Below are positions 56,842 to 64,000 of a DNA stretch of 64,000 nucleotides, one piece after another. The notes under the pieces are model-generated. The model did not search any database. It saw only the letters and a list, made by a program, of their open reading frames with translations, and was not told the origin of the DNA. A program made the translations under genes and the position numbers. Source of the DNA: Longimicrobiales bacterium (lineage in GTDB: Bacteria > Gemmatimonadota > Gemmatimonadetes > Longimicrobiales > Gaopeijiaceae); the NCBI GenBank assembly GCA_965211645.1, contig OZ242947.1, forward strand, positions 2,459,864-2,523,863, in the 5' to 3' direction. Every line of letters begins with the position of its first letter. Within the stretch, counting starts at the first letter, position 1.

Positions 56842-57091
56842 CGTTGACCGGGTCACGCCGGCCCGGATCACCACACGCCGTGATAGCGTTCCGCTCCTGA
56901 CCGCGGCCGCCCCGCCAAGTACCGCTGCCCCTATGCCCCCACCTCAGCCGACCCCGAACCGGCCCCCGTGTCAATGGGCATCGAAAATCTGACACATCTG
57001 GGCAGCGAAAGTCGGACACTCGGAGAGACGGCCCGCGGAGGGAGCGAAGCGACCGGAGCGGGGCGTCTCGGTAGGGTCTGTGAGGTACGCA

Positions 57092-57910
57092 TCATGGGGT
57101 CTCACCGTGGCCGGTGTGTTCGGCCGAGCGAGCCCGGGCTGCGGTCGGGTGGATGGCCTTGGAGAGTTCGGTGTGTCGGCGCATGCGGTAGCTGTTGCCG
57201 CGGATGTTGACGATGTGGCAGCGGTGGAGCAGCCGGTCCAGGAGCGCGGCCGCCATGACCTCGTCGTGGAGGATCTCGCCCCAGCGCTCGAAGCCCTGGT
57301 TCGAGGTGAGCACCGTTGAGGCGTGCTCGTAGCGTCGGTTGACCAACTGGAAGAAGAGGATGGCACCGCTCCGGGTGACCGGGAGGTAGCCGATCTCGTC
57401 GACGACCAGGAGCGCGGGGTAGGTGAGGGTCTTGAGGCGTTGGTTCAGACGGCCGGCGGCTTGGGCCTCCTCGAGCGAGTCGATCAGGTCGGTCAGGGTG
57501 CCGTAGTAGACCTTCCGGCCGCTTTGGGCCGTTGCGATGGCCAGGCTGATGGCCAAGTGGGTCTTGCCGACACCGGGGGGGCCGAGGAAGATGACGTTCT
57601 CCTTGCGCTCGACGAAGCCGAGCTCGTGCAGCGAGTCGATCTGCTCCCGCTTGACTGAGGGCTGGAAGCTGAAGTCGAAGTCCGCGAGCGTCTTGATCGC
57701 CGGGAGCCTGCTCGAGCGCATCGCGGTCTGCAGGCGGCGGCTGTTGCGAAGGGTGATCTGAGCGTTGAGGAGGCGCTCGATCGCTTCTGCGGCGGTCGTA
57801 CCTCCTCCATCCACCCCGGCGAGGATCTCGTCCAGCGCCTCCAGGGCGCCCGGCATCTTCAGGTCGGCCAGCTGGGCCGCAATGCGTTCACGGCGCGAGA
57901 GCGGCTTCAC
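57092..57910 (-). CDS. istB: IS21 helper ATPase IstB (copy 2)
   Basis: Translation identical to 15334..16152. Confidence 0.9.
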   Translation of the reverse strand: MKPLSRRERIAAQLADLKMPGALEALDEILAGVDGGGTTAAEAIERLLNAQITLRNSRRLQTAMRSSRLPAIKTLADFDFSFQPSVKREQIDSLHELGFVERKENVIFLGPPGVGKTHLAISLAIATAQSGRKVYYGTLTDLIDSLEEAQAAGRLNQRLKTLTYPALLVVDEIGYLPVTRSGAILFFQLVNRRYEHASTVLTSNQGFERWGEILHDEVMAAALLDRLLHRCHIVNIRGNSYRMRRHTELSKAIHPTAARARSAEHTGHGETP

Positions 57911-58947
57911 TGGATGTCTCCCGTGATCCGGGCGTATGCGGCCAACGGGCGTCGCTCGACGTCCACGACGGGTGAGACCGCCGCTGTCCGAGTCCGACGC
58001 GCCCCTTGCGGCTCAGCTCTCGGCGCCACGGGGCGGTACAGCCAGGGAGTCAGAGGCGTTAGATGCGGGCGCTCCCGCTCGAAGCGGTCTGCTGGCCTTT
58101 CCCTGAGCGTGCCGTGGATCCGGACGTTGGCTTCGCCATCGAGCCACTGCAGCACCCGAGCGTTCAGATCGTCGTCTGAGACGAAGTTCCGGCCGTAGAA
58201 GAAGCTCTCGCGGACATACCGGATCGGCCGCTCCACCTTGCCCTTCGTCTGCGCCCGGTAGGGGCGGCACGCCCGGATCCGGAAGCCCCAGTGGTGGCTG
58301 AAGCGCAGGAACTCCGGGTTCTCGACCAGCCGGCCCCCTTCCCCGCGCCCGTCCCGGTTGATCACCGCCTTCATCTGGTCGAACAGCAGCTCCGAAGGGA
58401 CGCCGCCGAAGTACCGGAACGCCGCTTCGAGGCCCCGCATCACCACCGGCATCGTCTGCCGCTCGTAGTAATGCAGCCACATCAGCCGAGAGTACCCCAA
58501 CACCACGATGAGCGCGTGCCGCTTGCCCCACGGCAGCCGGAAGTCCGCGAAGTCCACCTGACCCTGATGGCCCGGAGGGGTCTCGAACCGTCGCACAGGC
58601 TCCTCTGGAGGCCGGGGCCGAACCTGTCGAACGTACCGCTTCACCTGGCTGTAGCTACCCGGGTACCCTGCGGCCTGAACCTCCTTGAACAGCCGCGTGG
58701 CCGTCAGCTTCGGATACTCCGCCAACCGCGCTTCAATGATCGCCTTGTAGGGGTCCAGCTTCGACGGCACTGGCGGCCTCGGCCGGTATCTCACCGCTTC
58801 CCCGTCCAGATCCCGGTCCAACTGTCCCGTCGCGATCCAACGATAGATCGTGTCGCGGCTCACGCCCACCTGCCGGGCGATCGCCGCCTTCGTCATGCCC
58901 TGCTCGAGATAGTGGCGTAGAAGCACCCGCTTCTCTCTCCCAATCAT
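57907..58947 (-). CDS. istA: IS21 transposase IstA (copy 2)
   Basis: Translation identical to 16149..17189. The listed 599-aa ORF reads through from higA. Confidence 0.85.
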   Translation of the reverse strand: MIGREKRVLLRHYLEQGMTKAAIARQVGVSRDTIYRWIATGQLDRDLDGEAVRYRPRPPVPSKLDPYKAIIEARLAEYPKLTATRLFKEVQAAGYPGSYSQVKRYVRQVRPRPPEEPVRRFETPPGHQGQVDFADFRLPWGKRHALIVVLGYSRLMWLHYYERQTMPVVMRGLEAAFRYFGGVPSELLFDQMKAVINRDGRGEGGRLVENPEFLRFSHHWGFRIRACRPYRAQTKGKVERPIRYVRESFFYGRNFVSDDDLNARVLQWLDGEANVRIHGTLRERPADRFERERPHLTPLTPWLYRPVAPRAEPQGARRTRTAAVSPVVDVERRPLAAYARITGDIQ

Positions 58948-59103
58948 CGCGCCTCCAGTGCTGAATGGAGACGCCAGTGTAGAGCGAGGTCCGGTCAACC
59001 TCACGAACTCTCTGATCCACCGCCGAACCCGACCCCCGAACAACCACCCGAAATGTCCGACTATCGACGGCCACGTCTGTCTTATTTTGCATGGCCGCCA
59101 ACA

Positions 59104-59388
59104 CCCCGCCCGATTCGGCTCGATATCGAGCTCGCCCTCGCGCCCCCGCGTGCGGGCAATGTCGTAGGACGACTGCATGCGCATCAGCGTGTCCATCCTG
59201 ACCTCGAACGCCTTCTCGATACGCAGCGCCATCATCCCGGACAGGTCCGACCGGCCATTCAGAAACGTCGAGAGCGCGGGCCGGGACACGCCAAGCACTT
59301 TCGCGGCGGCGGCCACAGCCAGACCGTGCGGCTCGATCACCTCGGTCTTCACGAATGCACCGGGGTGTGGAGGATTCAGCATGCGCAT
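59104..59388 (-). CDS. higA: HigA-family (XRE HTH) antitoxin whose last 11 codons were severed by IS21
   Basis: MRMLNPPHPGAFVKTEVIEPHGLAVAAAAKVLGVSRPALSTFLNGRSDLSGMMALRIEKAF. The native 3' end (AGSGSAEVGA*) lies at 56931..56968, on the other side of the IS. Confidence 0.75.
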
Positions 59389-59402
59389 TTTGGTGCCCCG
59401 GT

Positions 59403-59633
59403 CTAGTGGTAGTCCTCGAGTCTCAGGTCCACGATCTCGTTGCCGGCGATGGAGAACGTCAGCCGCCAGTTCCGCGTTACGTGGAGGCTCCAGAAGTCCT
59501 TGCGATCCCCGACCAGGCAATGTGCTCGCCAGATCCCCAGCGCCCGCAGTTCGCTCGGGTGCTCCTTGTATAGTGTTGCGTAACGCTCTTGGCGTGGATT
59601 GCCGCCCGATTCCTGAACAGGGATCGCGCACGG
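59403..59633 (-). pseudogene. higB: HigB (plasmid-maintenance killer / RelE-fold) toxin remnant lacking its start and N-terminus
   Basis: The open frame ...LRALGIWRAHCLVGDRKDFWSLHVTRNWRLTFSIAGNEIVDLRLEDYH* has no start codon. The N-terminal-like FRNRAAIHAKSV lies in another frame. Confidence 0.6.
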
Positions 59634-59850
59634 TCTTCCTCACCGCGCTGATCGTCTCTGCGTGCCTGTTCGCCGTGCCCCACCTCCTCGGCCGGTCGCT
59701 GCCCACCGACTCGGCGCTTGCCCTCTACGCGTCGGGCGTTGTTGTGAAGAGCGGGGCGGCAGGTCTTGTGCTGGGTTGGATCTTCTGGCGCTGGGGGCTC
59801 CCTTATGCGATGGTGCGCCGCGTGATTGATGTCAACTACACCATACATTT
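59628..59850 (+). pseudogene. C-terminal fragment of a CPBP (CAAX/Abi) intramembrane protease
   Basis: FLTALIVSACLFAVPHLLG...GAAGLVLGWIFWRWGLPYAMVRRVIDVN resembles CPBP motifs 3-4. There is no upstream part and no start codon. Confidence 0.35.
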
Positions 59851-59868
59851 AGTAAAGTCGACATTACA

Positions 59869-60187
59869 TCAGATCTCGACTTCGATACATTCACCCCGGC
59901 CGATTTCGTCGATCGCCGCGCGTATCGCTTCAGCCTGAAACCGAATCCGAGGCCATGCTGTCGACATCAGTACCAGTACCGCCAACTCCCTGTTTGCCAG
60001 ATCTTGCTGATAGCGGAGGCTCTGGTCTGTTGTTATGAGGGAGTTCGTACCCCTCTTCTTCCGCTCTGTCCAGCAAGGCGCTATTGCGGAGCTGGGACCA
60101 GCCACGCTCATAAGCCGTATCCACACGGTGCTCCGGCAGGTGACGCCTGAGAGGTACTGGAGTCCCCTGATCGAACAGGACCCTCAC
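59869..60187 (-). pseudogene. DUF5615-like (PIN-like, Mut7-C-related) toxin gene with a frameshift near 60040
   Basis: ORF 59930..60187 (MRVLFDQGTPVPLRRHL...LLDRAEEEGYE) and ORF 59869..60126 (...LITTDQSLRYQQDLANRELAVLVL...) join if one nucleotide in the GGG run at 60039..60041 is removed. GTGA overlap with the DUF433 gene. Confidence 0.6.
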
Positions 60188-60411
60188 GAAGCGACGGTCT
60201 CTGCCAATTCGCCGAGTTCGTGATCGAGAACGGTCTCAACCTGCCAGCGGTCCACACCCTGAAACCACTCGAGAAACTGGTCGATCGATGCGCCGGCTTT
60301 GAGGTTTTCGAACAGGGCAGAGACGGGCACCCGCGTACCCTTGAATACCCACGCACCGCTCACCCGAAGCCGATGGCGTTCGACCGCGGGACAGGCTTCC
60401 CAGTTGGCCAT
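60184..60411 (-). CDS. DUF433-domain (antitoxin-like) protein
   Basis: MANWEACPAVERHRLRVSGAWVFKGTRVPVSALFENLKAGASIDQFLEWF. Confidence 0.7.
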   Translation of the reverse strand: MANWEACPAVERHRLRVSGAWVFKGTRVPVSALFENLKAGASIDQFLEWFQGVDRWQVETVLDHELGELAETVAS

Positions 60412-60780
60412 GTGGTCACCTCGTGTTCCGATCTCGCTTGGTTGATGCTGCTCAACCAAGCCGCACAAAGTAATCTGTGGCCCTCAGTACGCGATCACAA
60501 ATAGAGCGACCGTGGCCATTCCCTGGGCGACGTGATCCATTCTGCGGGTCACGTCCACGAGGGAGAGCTGCGATTCCCGGAGCGCACCGTCGTTCTGGTG
60601 CAGGCCACTGTGGAGCAGATGAGTGGTTCAGCTCGTCACGAAGGTTCTCACGCCGGTAGATCAGGAACTGCTGTAGTGCATGGCAACCCTGACCTCGGGC
60701 CGACCTGTCCAACAGCAAACCGACCGACCCATTCCCGGCCGGCCATTGACGCGCCCGGCGAGCGTGAAGCGAGACACACC

Positions 60781-62019
60781 ATGAGTGCTGCGAACAGAAT
60801 CCCCCTCCTCATCGCAATTCCCCCTCTTGCCGGCATCCTGGTCGCCAGCCTCGCCTGCCAACCCTCGGGCCCAGCCTCCGACTGGAGCACCGCCCGAGAG
60901 ACGCTGCCCTCCGGAGCCGTCCTCGTCACCAATACACCCTCAGCCGATGCGTCGCCGACATTGATGCTGGTCGAGGAGTTGCGAGTCGGCTCCCTCGATG
61001 GCGCTCGGCCGGAGTCCTTCGCGGCACTCAAGGGCCTGGTGGCGCTCCCCGGAGGCGGGTTCGCCGTTCTGGATTCGCAGGCTCAGGAGATTCGCGTCTT
61101 TGGGGCGGACGGGTCGCACGTCGCGACGCACGGGCGCCCGGGCGAGGGGCCCGGCGAATTCGTCGACGCAACCGGGCTGATGCTGGATCCGCGGGGACGC
61201 ATCTGGGCGGCGGATCCGCGTGGCGCGCGCATGTCGGTGTTCGATCCGGTCGATGGGTTCCTGGAGTCCTTTCGCTACCAATACATGGTTCGGGGGTTTA
61301 TCTGGACGGGCATCATGACCGATCGCGGCCACATCCTGAAGCCCTCGATGTCGCGCCAGGACTTTCGACCGATGCTGCGGGTCTACGATTCCACGATGAC
61401 GCAGATCGATTCAATCTTCTCCGCGGAAGAGGACGAGGGCGGGCCTCCCGACCCCGAAGACAGTCCGGGCGCCTTCTACTACGAAACGCCCGGGGGCGGG
61501 TACGGTTTGATGGGGATTCCCTTCTATCCGGGAGGCACCTCGCACACGGATCGCAACGGAGAGACCTGGTCCGGAAGGATGGCCGACCCGGGTTACCGCA
61601 TAGGAAAACACGCACCCGGCGGGGACACGACCCTGATTGTCGTCACCGAACGGCCACCCGTTCCCGTCACTCCGGCGGAGCGCGATTCGGCGATCACCGT
61701 GATCCGGGAGAATCTCAGGGAATCGGGTGTCACGACAGAGATGGACTGGTCCCGAATCCCCGACGTGAAGCCGGCGCTGGAATCCATCTTCACCTCGGCG
61801 GAGGGGAACGTCTGGGTCGCGATTCCGAACCTGAGCGGGGGGATAGACTACGATGTGCTGTCGAGCGATGGCTCCTACCTGGGAACGGTGACGGCCGGCA
61901 GCCTCGACGTGTATCCCTGGCTGCCGCCGGTCGTCGTGGGGGACACGTTCCTGGCGGTGGTACGCGACGAGCTGGACGTGCCCTACGTCGTCCGCGCGAG
62001 GATTGTGCCGGTGGAGTGA
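60781..62019 (+). CDS. 6-bladed beta-propeller lipoprotein (paralog 4)
   Basis: Start at MSAANRIPLLIAIPPLAGILVASLAC. GEGPGEF motif. C-terminal DELDVPYVVRARIV. Confidence 0.7.
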   Translation: MSAANRIPLLIAIPPLAGILVASLACQPSGPASDWSTARETLPSGAVLVTNTPSADASPTLMLVEELRVGSLDGARPESFAALKGLVALPGGGFAVLDSQAQEIRVFGADGSHVATHGRPGEGPGEFVDATGLMLDPRGRIWAADPRGARMSVFDPVDGFLESFRYQYMVRGFIWTGIMTDRGHILKPSMSRQDFRPMLRVYDSTMTQIDSIFSAEEDEGGPPDPEDSPGAFYYETPGGGYGLMGIPFYPGGTSHTDRNGETWSGRMADPGYRIGKHAPGGDTTLIVVTERPPVPVTPAERDSAITVIRENLRESGVTTEMDWSRIPDVKPALESIFTSAEGNVWVAIPNLSGGIDYDVLSSDGSYLGTVTAGSLDVYPWLPPVVVGDTFLAVVRDELDVPYVVRARIVPVE

Positions 62020-62310
62020 GGCCGGGTTTGGGAGCCGGAGGACGGTGGGCAGCGTGGCGGCCGGGTGGGGGCGGGATCACGCGCTCAAGGGCTCATGGGC
62101 GAGCTAGGTCGCCGCGCGCTGCACGGACGCCGGAAGTTGCGGGAAACGGACACGATCAACCAGTTTCCCGGCGGCCGTTGACACGTGAGATGCGTCGGAC
62201 ACTAGATCAGCCCGCCGAAATCTTGGCCGATCCAGCTATACCTTAGGCTCAACCGAATCTATACGTTGCTAGCCGACCCAGAATCACGCTAGCGGAACCG
62301 GAGATTACCG

Positions 62311-62430
62311 ATGGCCAGTGCCAGGCAGTTCAAGGCGTTGCTGGGGCCGCACCTGGAAGGCGACAACGACCAATTCGTCTCGGTCGCCATGCAGGTCGCT
62401 GCTCACGAAGCCAAGCCGGCATCGATCTGA
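62311..62430 (+). other. 39-codon ORF, possibly the orphaned N-terminus of an AAA+ ATPase gene
   Basis: GGAG sits 6 nt before ATG 62311. From memory only, MASARQFKALLGPHLEGDNDQFVSVAMQVAAHEAK resembles the N-terminal helix pair of a class of conflict-system AAA ATPases. It terminates at TGA 62428. Confidence 0.3.
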
Positions 62431-62444
62431 TTCGGCCGGGTTAG

Positions 62445-63254
62445 ATGAAGATCAGGCCACCGCGATACCGCCTATGGAGGGGCGGTCATCTGGTGCTGTC
62501 GGTCGTTGTGGTGGTGGTGGCCCGGATTCTTGATCTGCCTACCCCTTCGGAGCAAACAACCATCTGGCAGAGCACTGTCGCGTTCATTCAGGATTACGGA
62601 TGGTGGGTCATTCTCCTCGGCATCTTCGCCGGAGAGGGCGGGATTCTCTGGGTCGAGTCGAAGGAATCCACGATTGTGACCAACGCTCTGAACGCGATCC
62701 TGAATGAGTTCCGGGACGAATTGTTCGGCGATGCCAGCGGGCAACAGGGGGACCACCGGGTAACACTGTTCCAGTACCGAAAGACATGCTGGAGAGTGAT
62801 CTGGCGACGAGCACGATGGCCACGGGGTGGATGGCTGGTTCCAGTTGCTCGGCCGGGTCATACCTCACAACGATCCCATACAGTGTTCCGTGCCCCGGAC
62901 GATCCAGGCAGGCTGGAGGGAATCGCGGGCAAGGCGTGGGGCGCCAACAGCAAGACATACGAGGTCTTCGATTTGCCCGACTTGTCGGAGGTAGCGAAAC
63001 CAAAGGGGGATCCGCTCGTAGCCGAGTACGCAAACCGGACCCACGTCTCACAGTGGTGGGTACGAAGGCGTATGAAGAAGAAGAGGCTGCTCGCCCGTTC
63101 GCTCATGGGGTTCAGGGTCGAGCAGCCGAACAGTACCGCGTGGGGGGTCCTTGTCCTGGAAAGCAAGCAGTCCCATATCAATGGAAAGAGAATCGGGGAG
63201 GAGTTTCGAGACCTATGGAGAAGATCGCTCAGGCACATGGTAGCGGAGCTGTGA
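62445..63254 (+). CDS. 2-TM membrane protein with a GAF-like C-terminal domain (tentative)
   Basis: Two hydrophobic helices (HLVLSVVVVVVARIL, WWVILLGIFAGEGGILWV). Then HRVTLFQY...GIAGKAWG...RSLMGFRV...WGVLVLES, which follows the GAF sequence logic. Lower GC. Confidence 0.5.
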   Translation: MKIRPPRYRLWRGGHLVLSVVVVVVARILDLPTPSEQTTIWQSTVAFIQDYGWWVILLGIFAGEGGILWVESKESTIVTNALNAILNEFRDELFGDASGQQGDHRVTLFQYRKTCWRVIWRRARWPRGGWLVPVARPGHTSQRSHTVFRAPDDPGRLEGIAGKAWGANSKTYEVFDLPDLSEVAKPKGDPLVAEYANRTHVSQWWVRRRMKKKRLLARSLMGFRVEQPNSTAWGVLVLESKQSHINGKRIGEEFRDLWRRSLRHMVAEL

Positions 63255-63676
63255 GAGGCCGCTGGACGGACATCGATCCCACCAAGTACGACGAGCCACA
63301 CGAAGTTCCGGGACTCGAGCTGGATGCAGGCTCCTTCATCTCTCCCTACGACGTGCCGGACGGAGTACGGCTGCGCTTCACTTCTCAAAAGCGCTGCCGG
63401 ATCGAACTGCGCTACCTCACCGACCAGGAGAAGATCGAGTTCATGGAGACGGAACGGCCCGAGATCTACTTCGGCCTGGGACGTCTCTCGAACCGCCTGG
63501 TATCGGTGGAGGTCGCCGCCTCCCCTGAGTTCCCCGAATGGGAAATCGTGGAACGGGTGCTCTCCCGGCTGACCAGCCAGAAGAACTTCGTCAACCACTA
63601 CGTCGCGATAACCGTCCTGCGTGACTTGTGGTCCCGACTAGCCGAGCAGGTTCAGGAATTGGAGACGGAACGGTAG
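63251..63676 (+). CDS. hypothetical protein translationally coupled to the 2-TM/GAF-like gene
   Basis: GTG 63251 overlaps the upstream stop (GTGA). ATG 63215 is an alternative start. 141 aa with no recognised motif. Confidence 0.45.
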   Translation: MRGRWTDIDPTKYDEPHEVPGLELDAGSFISPYDVPDGVRLRFTSQKRCRIELRYLTDQEKIEFMETERPEIYFGLGRLSNRLVSVEVAASPEFPEWEIVERVLSRLTSQKNFVNHYVAITVLRDLWSRLAEQVQELETER

Positions 63677-63700
63677 CGCCTGCCGGCTCGCGCCCCATCG

Positions 63701-64000
63701 CTACTCCGGCGGCCACTCCGTGAGCGCGACGTTGGTCGCAAGATTGGCCTTCCGTTGCTCAGCGTCCGGCTCCTCGAAACCGGCGGCGCGCAGACGAGCT
63801 TCACGCTCTTCACGGCGGGAGTCGATGGCGTCCCCCGCCGCCTTCGCTTTTCGAATCGCCTCCTTGGCCGCAGCCTCGTCGATGGCCTCTTCGCCCAAAA
63901 CATCGAGGATAGGCCGGCCGCCGGACTCGAGTGGAGACCTGACGAATCGCGGGAAAAGCGGCTTGGCAGGCGAGACCCGTGATTCCCGGAGCAACCGCAG
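63701..64000 (-). CDS. hypothetical protein, probably 5'-partial at the window end
   Basis: The frame is open to nt 64000. Charged, helical C-terminus (EAIRKAKAAGDAIDSRREEREARLRAAG). Confidence 0.35.
   Translation of the reverse strand: MRLLRESRVSPAKPLFPRFVRSPLESGGRPILDVLGEEAIDEAAAKEAIRKAKAAGDAIDSRREEREARLRAAGFEEPDAEQRKANLATNVALTEWPPE

Larger units (their letters stand above)
56969..59103 (-). mobile_element. IS21-family insertion sequence, copy 2 (2135 bp)
   Basis: Same ends as copy 1 at a constant offset of 41758 nt. 5-bp direct repeat CCCCG at 56964..56968 and 59104..59108. Confidence 0.9.

Noticed and set aside
15211-59103. The two IS21 copies plus the intervening 39.6 kb acting as a composite transposon
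   Set aside because: Each copy is flanked by its own matching 5-bp duplication (CCGTG and CCCCG), and the outer flanks of the pair do not match. This indicates independent insertions.
57907-59706. 599-aa ORF as a genuine HigA-IstA fusion protein (and 16149..17609 as a 486-aa transposase)
   Set aside because: The IS boundary, defined by identity between copies and by target duplications, falls inside these ORFs. istA has its own GGAGG-ATG start. The upstream parts belong to the disrupted host genes.
1-64000. CRISPR arrays, rRNA genes and tRNA genes
   Set aside because: Visual scanning of intergenic regions showed no regularly spaced short direct repeats and no tRNA- or rRNA-like conserved sequences. 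A tRNAscan/Infernal run would be needed to exclude small RNAs formally.

Overview
High-GC (about two-thirds GC by eye) bacterial chromosomal segment. The lineage is unknown; a Gemmatimonadota-like guess is unverified. All homology calls come from motifs I recognise in the translations, because no searches were run. The backbone encodes housekeeping and transport genes: a DAACS symporter, an IorAB-type Mo/2Fe-2S oxidoreductase, a PQQ dehydrogenase, two Na+/solute symporters each preceded by a tiny membrane ORF, two tandem SLC13/TrkA-C permeases, tdk, an aldo/keto reductase, and M14 and M50 peptidases. Accessory material is interleaved with this backbone. Two identical 2135-bp IS21-family elements (istA/istB) lie at 15211..17345 and 56969..59103. 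Each has its own 5-bp target duplication and each sits inside a host gene. At least nine toxin-antitoxin loci are present. There are four paralogous 6-bladed beta-propeller lipoprotein genes, two ankyrin lipoproteins, and several decayed genes: an amber-interrupted amine oxidase, frameshifted DUF5615-like and HigB genes, DsbA-like and IS110 remnants, and a CPBP fragment. The most unusual locus is a lower-GC cassette at about 13.7-19.4 kb. There a membrane-anchored TlpA-like thioredoxin gene overlaps the first of two paralogous secreted six-cysteine mini-protein genes, and the second overlaps a beta-propeller gene that IS21 has since split. Other candidates are a low-GC island encoding an 8-TM OmpA-domain protein flanked by ankyrin genes, an M14 / atypical Hsp70 / HEAT-repeat operon, a secreted tandem-duplicated creatininase-fold protein, a 76-bp direct repeat bracketing a 4.4-kb TA-rich module, and a terminal cluster with a 2-TM GAF-like protein. 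I saw no rRNA, tRNA or CRISPR array.
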